Source of the DNA: Botryllus schlosseri
Lineage: Eukaryota
NCBI GenBank assembly: GCA_051294905.1
Contig: CM119372.1
Location: 18,850,001-18,914,000 of the forward strand
DNA: 64,000 bases
Direction of reading: 5' to 3'
This document shows, one piece after another, positions 24,001 through 36,251 of this stretch. The notes under the pieces were generated by a model. The model made no database searches. It worked only from the letters and a program-made list of their open reading frames with translations, and had not been told where the DNA came from. The position numbers and the translations under genes are program-made. Each line of letters opens with the position of its first letter. Positions within the stretch are counted from its first letter, which is position 1.

Positions 24001-25693
24001 CTACTTCAAAATTCTTGGTATAATTGAATCGAGAAAACACAGTTCACCTGAGATGCAGATGGGAACTGAGCCATTTACCAAATTTTCATTTTTCAGGCTT
24101 CCACGTTAGCCTGCTTTATTAATATTATAAAATGGAATCTTTGTTATCCTGAATAACTACTGTCCCGTTGCCAACAGCTATCATTCATAGCAAAATGATG
24201 CATTTTGAACAATTCCGTTTAGGAAATCATCCTTAAAGGAGAAGATTTGCCAAAGTGGAATCCATCCGTTTCAGAAGTGAAGGTTTGGTTCGAAATGTAA
24301 TTTAATTGCCGCACGCTGACCGAGGACGTTTTCCGTGTTGTTCCCAGATGCTGAAACGAATCGGGCAGCAGACGGCGATATCGCTTGAAGTTTCGGCGCC
24401 GGCCGGTAAAGGGTTAATACAAAGTAGGGATTTTGTCACGGTTCGGCGAGTCGATAAAATCGACAATTCCTACATCAGTGCGGGAGTTTCCACGGACTAT
24501 CCGATCCCTGATTCGGATCGTATCAGGTTTGCTTGTTGAATTGGTGTAGTCGTTATTAGGAGATTTCAATCTCTGACATTCAACTTCACAGAGGTGTTAA
24601 CGGGCCGACTGGCTTCATTATTACTCCTATCGATGGAGAGTTTGCCGCTACCAAATTTACTTGGATTCTCAACACTAGTTTGAAGGTATGCCAATTCTTT
24701 TATTATTTCCCAAGTATTTAGTGAAATAATTTTGTTGTCAGTAATGTACAACTTCACAACACTACATTAAACCATGGCTTCAATTTGCTTACATGCTTCG
24801 GAAGCGATAGAATCAACATGCGTTCTTTCACTCCCTATTTTGCAATGCAAATATACCCTTTCGAACCAGGTCTTTGGTGGCTTACTTTGGAGGCGTTGTC
24901 CAATGTCATTGTTGTTCAATAGAGATTGGTAAAAAGTCCTGTATTGTGTATTTCAGTCAGCAGTGAACATTAGGTGCACTGTTTTACATGCCCAAACTCC
25001 AAATATGGACAATTAGCACATAAGGCTGAATTACCATAAACAGCAAATAAGTAATAAATAGGCAATTCTGAAAAACAATATCTTTGCGGACTGTGTCTGT
25101 TTTTGCTGCATAATTTGTGACAATACTCGAAAGATCTCGCCTCGACCAGGAAACTTGATGAATTTTTTTCAAATGTGCATTTGTATTTTGTAAGAGTACC
25201 GTATTGGACTCAGGAGAACGAAACACACATTAATAACACAGGAGAACGAAACACACATTAATAACACAGCATCTTTGTTGGATTTGGAGTATTGGATTTG
25301 AGTGTTGCACTGATATCAGAGTATTAATATTAACATGATTTTTATGACAATATAATTTCTGATCACTTTCAATGTTTAGATATGGTTAGCACTTAGCAGT
25401 TCTTTGACACTGGCCGAATAAGATAAATACAAACAAATCATAAACAAAAATACTATGGAAACTCCAGAAGCAATCTCAAAGGATCGTGTAAGAAAAACTA
25501 CCGTCATGTAACTTCATTCATGTTGGCTAGGCCAACGCTATGCTATTGTAATCAGAATGTTAACTGATTATCGATATTTAACATTGTTTTGTTGCAGGGT
25601 TCTCTTCCTCAGTATCTTGTCAACAGCAATCTCACTTCTACCATGATTAACTTCGTGAAACACATGAAAGCCCATCTGGGACTGGAGGAATGA
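18077..25693 (+). CDS. STARD3: StAR-related lipid transfer protein 3 (MLN64): MENTAL + START domains, 12 coding exons
   Basis: Exons 18077-18423, 19436-19556, 20694-20783, 20843-20977, 21613-21751, 22531-22695, 22838-23001, 23469-23570, 24223-24282, 24348-24526, 24592-24685, 25598-25693. Motifs ISDSRRTFCLFVTFDL, WIEVWLIDFKVLPEE, KWNPSV, IQSRDFVTVRRV, RGVNGPTGF, FTWILNTSLKGSLPQYLV. Confidence 0.93.
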
Positions 25694-27792
25694 CGAATTT
25701 CGCTGCAACTCTCTTTCGCTATGTAGCCATGCCAGACTGGACAACTAGCGGTTGGCTGCAGTGAGCAACACCAAAAAGTTGCAGTTTTTTTCTGTTTTTT
25801 TTTTTTTGTAGTTCCAAAGCCTGTGCGCACTAGCATGTCGTGTTAAAGCTCTACCAACGCAGTCCAGTAATTTATGCTTTGACCACTTTATAATATGCAA
25901 ATATGGTTATCGATCTTTTTTGGGTTCAATTGGAGTGAATCATTCCTATATTTTGGTTTCCTTCGCTAATCTGGTGAATTTGATTTCTTGTCTCGTAATG
26001 CCGGCCAATAATCTATTGACCAACTGATCTTGAGCTAGGAGTGGTTTGTGGGGAGCTACTAAAATTTCATCCTGAAAATTACACCTGTTTTAAAGGTTTG
26101 CGGCTGCCATTTTTACACTGATCTGATCCTCGAGTTTTATACGAAATTGCCTGCTAATCGTTTTAAGTGTGTCCCTTGCCAATTCTAACTTTGTAAATGT
26201 GTATTTCTTATCTGTGACCTTGTTTCAAAGTTAACTGTTCAGAAACTGATGCTTTCACGTTCGATCTGTGCTTGTGATGTTTGTCGCACTTTTTAAAAAA
26301 TTTTAAGTGCTTCGACCATTGTGCAGTGTGGACGCTGGACAGTGGATATGTACCTTCACATCATTGCATGAAGTAGTATGAGTTATCAGTTCATTCTTGT
26401 AATATTTCTACTCCCTTCTGAATTCCGATTGACGTAAACACGCCTCACGAGGCAGGTGATTATGTGCAATCATATTCTACTTATTTTAAAATTATTGTTT
26501 ACTGAGAGGGTTGCAAACTAATTTGATTAGAATCCCCATTGTGGGTTACCTGTAATGACGGACAGTGTGGGATAAATAACGTTTTGCATTGCTAAATTGG
26601 TTTGCTATTGCGTCGGTCGTGGTTTACCAAAAATGGAGAAGTGATTGAAATGCATGCTGACAACTCTTTGCTTGCATTACATTTGGATGAAATATTGCCT
26701 GTTTTTCTCTTGATCAATTCTTCTAGATTTTAAAGTGTATTGTTAGTATTTGCTACGCTGTATCTATCTATGACTGTCATTGTATCACAGCTTGTTCTCT
26801 GTTATATTGAAATTGATTCTGTTAAGGAGTTGTAACTTATATTGTGTAGTGCAAGGTTGGAGAGTAATATGGCAGCAATGTCCGAACAGTGGTAGGGGAG
26901 TTGGCACAGTTGGTTGACCCATCACCAACGGCATGAGTCTCGGCTGTAGCTCGTTTCGAAGTGTTGAAGGTTTGTCTGGGCTCCTCTGCGGCTTTACAAA
27001 AAAGATGAGTCGAAGGTTGTAGAGCAGAAGGAAGCGTTGAATAGAAAGACAGCAGTCATGAAGATTCCCACTAGTTTTATGTGTCGAACATCTGGGTTTT
27101 TGCGACATATCTGATGGTATCGATTTTCTGTTTCGGAAATATTTATTAGGTGCATGTGAGCAAGATGACAATGTGCGTTGTCCACAAGTGTGGATGTACG
27201 CCTATCTAGTAAAATTATTGCCAATTTGGTTGGTTGTGTTGCCTTGCCGTCTTTACGTCGCATCAAGTTAGTTCAATCGAGTAGTGTATAACAAGGCAGG
27301 TTGGTTACCTACAGTGCCTCAAAGTCTAGGGACAGGGATACTGTTATACAGCTCGGTGACGGAAATTCATGCCCCGCCTACTTGGGGTCGTAATCCGTGA
27401 AACCACGCCTCCCCGTTTGTTGACTTTTTCTTCAACTGCAATTTGCAGCGTTCAGTGACACGAACGGTAAGTCTGTAGAGTTGTCCAATTAATATGCATT
27501 GGTTCGAAATATTTTAAAAATGCAAGTAAAGAGTGCGATTGATGTCTATGAAAGATTATGCCCCAGAAGCCGATCTGGTAGTCATGGACTGTGGAGATCA
27601 TTTGACCTCCTATGCTGGAGCAAATATTTTTAAAAGAGTACCGTAACCGTCTCCTACCCCAGCCCTGTATGGAATCGGTGTCCTGTGCTCACACTATGTT
27701 TTATTTTTTCATTATTTTATATTATATTACTTTAACTTGGAGAATCATCGCTGCTCACATGTTATATTAGGCAAAACGTGCCGAGATTCCAG

Positions 27793-27915
27793 CCAGAGGG
27801 GAATTGGTGGCAAATGTCACGCGCAACTTTCCATGTAATTCCCTAATTATTCTATGGAAGAAACCCTTCTGTCACGCGCAACTTATTGACGAAAACAACC
27901 ACTGATTCCAGTCTG
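27793..27915. mobile_element. ~123-bp MITE, inverted copy of 3497-3620
   Basis: 9-bp TSD agattccag (27784-27792, 27916-27924). Confidence 0.75.
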
Positions 27916-28317
27916 AGATTCCAGTAGGGACCCCAGCATTCCTGTAAATCTACTCAGAAAATTATACATTTATTGTAATTTTCGTTAATATGAAGCTATT
28001 TTTTCGAATTGAGCAAAAATTGTGTTTGCAGTCGCAGGAAGAATTGAATTTATGGTTACCGGTAGTGAAGATCTGTCAACGTGAAAAATTTGATAACTTC
28101 TGTAACTGCAACAGCACTTAGTAACATTTGAGAACAGTTGGTTCGATTTTAAAGCAGACAGAGCATCTTCACTCCGACTTCAGCCAGTAAGCGTTTCCCC
28201 AACTCTGAAGTGAGAAAATCAAATAAAATTCCGACTCAACAGCCCTATCCTATACAGTCATACCATGTTGCATGCCCTAACCTGGTTTAAGTTTGATTTA
28301 TATCGTTTCAGATTACA

Positions 28318-31300
28318 ATGGAAGGCTATGCAGAGGTTTCTAGATCTAATCCAGACATTCCTGAAGTGAAGTTGAAATTCCAGGCAGCACTGAATGTTAT
28401 AAAGAACCTGCCGAAAAATGGTGAGATCATGGAAAAGAAATATTTAATGATTGTGAAATTGTTCAATGTATATCATAATATGGATAGACAATGTTGGCTG
28501 CTAAGGATTGCGGTACTTGGTGGTTGATTTATATTTCAGCAAAAACTTGCTGCCGAGTGAATATTTCATGTTCTCAGAGTAAATATATAGGTAAATGCTG
28601 CGCTAGTAGGCCACCCTAGCCTTATGTGATGATAGCCTAATGCATTTTATATTCCAATGCAAATTTCTTAGTGCCCCTAAATCCTTTCAATTAAATTTCT
28701 CTATTTTAGGGTCATATAAGCCAAGTCCAAGTATGATGCTGAAATTTTACTCCTATTACAAGCAAGCCACTGAGGGTCCGTGTAGAAAACCAAAACCATG
28801 GGCTTGGGATGTGATAAATAAAGCAAAGTGGGAAGCATGGTCGAAACTGGGTAATATGTCGAATGATGAAGCAATGGAAAAATATGTGGATAATCTAAAA
28901 CTGGTAAATTTTCAATTTACTAGTCTGATGTAGAAACAGTGAATTTTTTTCCTATTTTTTATATTGCTGTATTTTCTGTAACTAATAAAGTAATCTGTTT
29001 TATAGCTATACAACTGCTTTTTTAAGGATAAATCTTGGAAATCGAAGTACTTCTTAAGATCTCACTCGTTACTAGTAGTACAGGATTTAAGTTTTCTATT
29101 TTTAACAAATATATCTTAACCTAGGTTATGTCAGAAGCACCGCCTATTTCAGATGAAGAAGTAAGATCTTTAGAACTATTTGAATAACTCATTAATCCTT
29201 AATATTGCATGACCTACTTTGATTGATGATCGCTATTTGAGCTTAGGGATGAGCTTTTGAGTAATATTGTTGCTGCTTTCACATTGATTGCTCTCCAATC
29301 CCATATCTTGCATGCTATTGAAAATTACATCAGCTTCATTTTACGGCCTACTTGTGTTGCTCTGTTTCAATTGCAATGCCACATTGTATGCATTTGTGTT
29401 GGTAGCTAGTTTGCATTTTCATTAGTGTCGAATCAGCTTTCAATCAGTTTTCCTTGCCTTACACTTGAAATTAGCATGTCGAGCAAATTTGAAGGTAATT
29501 TGAAATTTATTGATACTTGAGAGCATGATCTTTTCAAGATTGTTGAAACGATGCCCGCTACCGAAAATGTGCAGAAGTTTATACGAATACTTGGAGATTT
29601 TTACGAGATTGTCGACTTGGAACCGCCTGATCAATTCAAAAATTTCAACGCTTCAGATAGTACAAGTAAGTTTTTCTGTTGAAGCATGAGTAGAAGACTT
29701 TGCCGAAGTAGATTCGAAGTGTATGCTCATGGTGGCCAAATTAATATTATGTTTTATTTGATATGTACCCTAGTTCATATAGCACCACCACTTTCGTCGG
29801 ATATTCTTAAGTCTTACATAAATACTCAATTAAACCCTAACCTAACAGACTTGCCGATTATTGCGGCACTCTTCTTTATGACATCGGTGTAAGCTAAAAG
29901 TGAATGTTTCATATTGATACCAGGTACGTCACTAACAATCATATCTCTACATCCTTGACTTTTGAAGGACCCCAAGAAAATGGCACATTTGATCCGGACG
30001 TTCATTTTGGTGAGGAAGATCGAGGTAATGGTGCTGTCCATTTTGGCGATGATGGTGATCAAACACAAACAGATGAAGCAGTTTCTGAAGGTGTATATAA
30101 TTTTTGGTGTATTTCACAGGATTTCTGCATAGTCTGCAAGCATACTTTGTACCGGTCTCATTGTGTAAATGGCAATGAACTGTTATCTTGCCCCTAGTCA
30201 TGCATACAATCCCGGCAGTTTCACACGTCTTACAGATTTACATATGGTGAATTAGGCTAAATGAGTAAGATACGAACATATGCTATAACCACTAACGTGT
30301 GTTGATGCTCTGTCGTTGAGCCATTAAAATCCCACCCGATTCCTGTTATTAGATGAACAAACAAGCAACAGCAGTGAAGAGGAATTCTGTGACACAGCGG
30401 AAGAAGTTGAGGTGCATTTTATTGTATTGCAAATTTTGACTGCTGTAGGCCTACTCAAAATATCTATTTTTTCAATATTCCGGTGTGATATTGTAGAAAC
30501 AACATTTATACGTTTAGTCTAATGAAATATTACCAACTGTCTTTCTAATTCAGATGATAACCGCATCCACACACAACTCGTCAACTGCCTACAGGTCCCT
30601 ACAGGCAAAAGATCCTTCGACATCAGAAGGTGTGTTGGTTTTGTAGAGAAATACCATTACCAAAAATTACTCAAACGGTAGTAATTTCAATGGCTGCTAA
30701 AAACGAGAAGTCTGAAGAATATTTCCATGGTTTAAAAAGCAGACTTTATCTAATTTTAGTAGGTTATCCGTGATGGCTACTTTTGAAGTTACTTGATGCA
30801 TCATTGCAACTGGCACCAGAGTTGGATCAATTACAATATTTTAATTCAATTACAATTACTCAATGCTAAAAATATCAAATTACAATTACTGTTAAACTTA
30901 AGTTTTCTGTTGCTACTGAAGTATGGGAAACAGTTTAGTGTGAAGGAATTATCTAGTTACAACGCAGCACGCATAGAAAACCGATGTAAATATAGGCTAA
31001 TTATTACATGTGGTGACTGTTTACTAAGGTCTGTAAGGTCCCTCATCGTCATCCTGGTTCGTACCAGATTTTCACTGGTGCGACGAATAAATGATTGATT
31101 AAACGATTATTTTATGTTGTGATTGTCAGGTTTCCATGATAATGTAATTGAGATTGTAATTGAGCAAAATTTTTGATCAAATTACAATTACACAAAATAG
31201 AAATGCTTCAATTACAATTACATGAAAATATGAAATAATTACGTTCGGCTCAATTACAAATTACAATTGATCCAACTCTGACTGGCACAAAATTAATAGT

Positions 31301-32046
31301 GACACTACAAATAGGTGCACTATTCAAATACATGCATGGTGTGAAATTTCGTGCAGGTAACAATCGGGAACCTGTCAGGAATCCGACCTGCAAAAATGGC
31401 AGTCTATCCATTAGTTTGCCAGCATGTACAGATGAAAGAAGTTCCAGACTGCAAGTTGAGGTGGGATATTTGGATTGACAACATACAAGGAACTAAATCA
31501 TGAAAATTTTATAGGTACCTGAACAAATGCGATGGGCCACTTCTCAACTTCAGCAATATCAAATGGCATTGAACAGGGTATCAGATCGACTTTCGGCACT
31601 TGAGGCGTTGAATGATCGACCCCGGGTATTGTATACATTTGTTCATCGCATTGCAATTCTGCTGGAAATTAATGCACACTATCCACATGAAATTATGGAC
31701 ATGACGGTGTTCACAATCCAACGGGGGTGGTGTGTAGGCAAAACCTACTTCAGCACTCTGCAACAGTACCTTGTTACTGACCACCTCTGGAGTTAACTAA
31801 TGTTCAAATCTTCAATATATGTAATGGATATATTTTGAAAGTTCATCAGATGGTAATTCCGTTCAATTGTAGACGCATCGAAACCGTGCTTCATCAAGAG
31901 ATACGAAAGACGGTAGCTTAAGACACATGCTTTTGAAGATGTGGCCATTTCGGGGACTTGGCTTGAAGACTGTAATATTCATAATTTCATGGCCGCTTTT
32001 CATCATGTGGATCAGGGATGTATGCAGGAAGCGGGTCAAACGATGA
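28318..32046 (+). CDS. ACBD5: Acyl-CoA-binding domain protein 5/4-like, tail-anchored peroxisomal tether
   Basis: ACB domain FQAALNVIKNLPKNG|SYKPSPSMMLKFYSYYKQATEGPC..KWEAW (28318-28420, 28710-28903); IVETMP..FYEIV (29539-29665); FFAT-like EEFCDTAE (30353-30411); coiled coil (31515-31625); tail WPFRGLGLKTVIFIISWPLFIMWIRDVCRKRVKR* (31873-32046). Exon phasing between 29666 and 29923 is unresolved. Confidence 0.88.
30817..31280. mobile_element. hAT MITE (CAATTA family) in an ACBD5 intron
   Basis: TIR cagagttggatcaatt / aattgatccaactctg; perfect 8-bp TSD actggcac. Confidence 0.9.
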
Positions 32047-33299
32047 AAACAAACTGTGTTTTCATTGAGTATGGTGCGGTACAATGCCTGTGAAGATTAG
32101 TGTAATTCTCTGTTGGATATTTTGTGTTCCTACATCACTAATAACTTGTCTAGTTCACATTACCCACCGCATTGTTGCTAAATGCTATATTTTAACCTGT
32201 ATTCGGTAGCCACTTTCTCGAACTGATTTTGAAGCAACCGGCAGGCTATTAGAAATGTGTCAGCTGCAGTTGGGAGACATGATTAATTTCATTCTTCACA
32301 TGTGACTATATACTTTGCAATTTCTCAGATTTGATATTTTGTTTTCTTGTGAGTGATATCTCCTGTGATTACGTGCAATACATGATTTTCAAATCAACAA
32401 TTCAGTCTGACAGTTTGTGACTTACGACAGAAGAATTAAGAATTGGACTATAAATAAGACATTTATGAGTTATACCAGGAGTAACTTCGGTTGTTTTATT
32501 ATGCAGGTTGCCTCACTTGAAGGGACATCGGAACAGTTTTTGAATTTACCTTCAACAATTGTTGCATACTTCGTTCAGACGAGACTTCAGACCATTTCTG
32601 CAACTTTACCTATTTGTGTGATGCAATTTTCTGACTTGAAGATGTATATACTTCAAACCGCATTTCCTCGCGTTCTCGGGGCATCAATGGTATTTTATCA
32701 TGCTCATCAAACTTCGTAAATATTAATACCAAGTATGCTTGAAGAAAAATTTATATAATTCGAGAGACCTGAAAGAAAAGTAGCCTATTCGTATGCTCAA
32801 GGCCCTCAGTGTTTACTGAATGCTCAAGCTTAGTTCACATAGTTGGTACCAAGGTCTCGAGCTACATGTCATGTCTGGATACCCTGAAGCATCTTAATGA
32901 CCAATTTTCTGTCCACAGAATAGCTCTCCCCCCCCCCCCCCCCCGGAACAGAGAATCACTACACTTATAATGAGCGACACCTTACACTTACTCTGGGATT
33001 TTATACAATGTATAAAAAGAAACTTTTAATCTATGGATATAAGTATGGAAATACAGACAAAATTTTGAAATGATGAATGAGTATTGATGACATTTCCAGC
33101 GATTATCAGTTATCAAAGTACTTGCTTCCACAACTTTTCATAGCTTTGGTCAATGTCATTGACCTGTCTGAATGTGAGCAGGTCCTCTGTTGGCAGCTAA
33201 GTCTTTTGACCACGATGAGAGAGTCTTTATTTTCATCCAACCAAAATAAATGTGTACAAAATACAATGTGTGCACTAAGATCAACAAAACATTGTCTTA

Positions 33300-35143
33300 T
33301 CAGGTTCCAGCCATCTTATATTCCTCCACTATATTTCGTACCACTTCGAATGCTTCTCTGAAATCAGTCTCTGACGTCCCATACCTTTCATACCAATGCA
33401 TATATGCTTTAGCATCAAATTTTCTTTTAGCTGACTTCAGCAAATTGGCACAGTGAACCGTTCCAAACGAGGTTAGGTTGGAGCAGATTGTAATAGATTT
33501 CTTTACATCCTCTTTAGCGAGTCCTGTGAATAGTTTCTGTTCATGTACCCACATATCAATAGGAAATGGATTCCACTTCGTGCAGTTAAGGGCATTTTTC
33601 ATTTTTGATGCTGTTTTTGACACGTCAACTTGATTAGTCTGTCTTGAAGTCTTTTTTAAAGATTCAGTATCTCTGCATACACAGACAGCAGCCAGGGTCG
33701 AGTCATCACAATTATTTGTGGACTTCGTTTTCAAGAATTTAGAACGAATCTGATGGCAGACTTTATTGCATATACTGTCCCATGTATCTGGTAATGTGGG
33801 TGTAACCCGCGTCGATTTTGCTTGCGCTACTGTCCTGAAAAACAAAAGTGTTGAGTTGTAAATCTGAGTTGTGGTGATTAAATTTTCGCAGACTGTTTTG
33901 TCAATCAACAAATGGAAATTGGGAAGACTAAGCAATGATAACTAATGCTTGCAATCCCAATCAAATTGAATACGGTACACCAACATAATAAGTATGCCAA
34001 ATGCTGGACATGCACTCTAGTATGTAGTTCAGCAGCCCACTAAATTTGGTAAGCTGATCACTAAAACATGGTAGCTGGTCCAGCTGGATTAGATCAAGGT
34101 GACTGGATGTCGGGTAAAACTGACATGAGATTTTACTCAGTAGAGAGAGAGAGAGAGAATCTTTATTAGTCTACATTACATATCAACATCACACAAAAAA
34201 AATGTAACACAGTGAAATGCGACGGCTCGATATGACAGTTGCGTACAACTATGAAAATATTAACTTACCTGCAGTGTAAAAATTTCAGGTTATGCATTGG
34301 TGTTGCTGATCTGATGAGTTCCCAAGGTTCTATGCCTATAGTGAGCCCATTTGGTGGAGACAAGCTAGAAACAGGGGATATAGCGTTGAGTACACAGTCT
34401 GCGATGTATGAATTCATCTCTTCGAAAGAAACCGCACTTGAGGACATTGATTTAGCTGCTTCCATAACTTCATCATTTTCAAATAAGATGATGGCATCGG
34501 AGTCCGTCTGTAAGCTTGCTAAACTAAGAAGTTCGTTATACGCCTGCATGGGATTCTCCCCAGATGTCAATGGCGAAACTACAACGTTCATTTGATAAGC
34601 AACAGGATAACGCTCTTTCAATTCGGCACATAATCTCGGACCAAAGCCGGACCCAGTTCCTCCTGCTAAACTATGCCAGGATATAAAACCCGAAAAGCTA
34701 TCACACGATTCCACTTCTCTTCTTATTCTTTCCATGGCAGTTTTCAACATGCTGTCTTCCTCTCCGTAATCAAAATCATGAGAATACAAATACAGGTTTG
34801 TATCCCAGTCCTTAGAGACACGCTCCATCGGCAGATAATGGTGGCCCATGGACCAATTGGAACCACAGCCCTTTGCACTGCTAATGACATTACCGCGTCC
34901 GAGCCTCAAGCGACTGTAGCCTTTTTTGTTCACCCTCCCAAGCTTGAGGATGTTCTGCAGTACTTTTTTTTCACTATCAAGAAACACAGCCCTGACATGA
35001 CCATGGTCTTCACCTAGCCCGCCAGGAGTAACAAACGCTCTCTTCATATTTTCATCCAGAGCGGCAGCGAATGATGCTTTCAACCAGAATTCCTTACCGA
35101 TCTGATTACCGCATTGCCCCACATGAACATGTACAGTGGACAT
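33300..35143 (-). CDS. Divergent tubulin, most likely zeta-tubulin ('cryptic'/delta-like), 2 coding exons, 469 aa
   Basis: Exons 35143-34269 and 33834-33300 join in frame. GQCGNQIG, HSLAGGTGSG signature, GENPMQAYN, EPWELIRS, WNPFPID, KAYMHWYERYG. Confidence 0.85.
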
Positions 35144-36251
35144 CAGGATAAACACAACCAGCAGCTACAGTTTTGTTTTATCATATGCCTGTAATCCATA
35201 TAGATACCGTAAAAAACATAGACGGGATACAATTAATATCAGATAGGAAATATTGGCACAATAATTTTATGAAAGATAACATAAAATGAAAAGAAGATAT
35301 GAGAAGTCAAAAGTTTCCTACCTTCAAGTTCATTGTATAACAATATGGGACCCACGGAGCATATTGAAACAATATATTTCCTCTCATATGAGCACATTAT
35401 AATGATGGTGCAATATTGTATGAGGCGATGAATTCAAATGAAGTCCGCAGTATGTTCAAAATATCATACCACATATAGCCTAGGCTACTTTGCGGGATTT
35501 TGATAGAAATACTTGAGTTGAGAAGGTTGGAACCACATCTCACGTACAGGAGTCGAATCAATTGTCTAATCCAGTAACAAGCGATATGCCCAGTATCAAG
35601 CAGAGGTAGAAACGGTAGTATTACTGCGGAAGACTAACCAGGGGGAGCTAATCAGCTACTGACACACATCCCATAACAACCACATGTACAACAATCGAAG
35701 TAATCAAACAAAAATCGATTCAAATTATGTGGAACACCCATATGTCAAATCTATGATTTTAGTAGGCTACTCAGTATCACTTGCTGCATCAAATGGTGGT
35801 GATTGTATGTAAACATAAACAACACAGACATGGGTAGTCGATAAATCCACAATATTATGGATTCCGGCTATCGAAAATCATATAATTGATTTTCATAATT
35901 AGGACATCACAATCCCAAAAGGCAGGAAAGAACACAAGTTCATTTAAAATACATAGGTAGAATGGCAATTGCCATTTGGTATGTTGATGCGGAATCAAGG
36001 GCACGACGATAAAATAATCTCACAAACGACAATTATGTATAGTTCACATCACAGACAAGATAGCAAAATACCATCAAAAAGTGTGGGCTAAGTTTAGCAC
36101 TCACGCTCTGAAAATCTAAATTGCCATCCAATAACAGAGAAATCTCCATTTTGGAGCACTATTGAGCCCATTAGAAGAATTATCATACATTCAAATAAAA
36201 CATAGCTCATGAAAAAAGGCAGTTCACAGTATTGTTCAACAAAATCATCCC

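Noticed and set aside
25211..25270. 28-bp direct duplication in a STARD3 intron
   Set aside because: Ordinary slippage duplication.
26785..27266. Minus-strand ORFs between STARD3 and ACBD5
   Set aside because: No domain or splice support; probably antisense to the 3'UTR.
33300..35143. Calling the tubulin TUBD1
   Set aside because: Diagnostic motifs differ from delta-tubulin; the symbol is withheld pending phylogeny.
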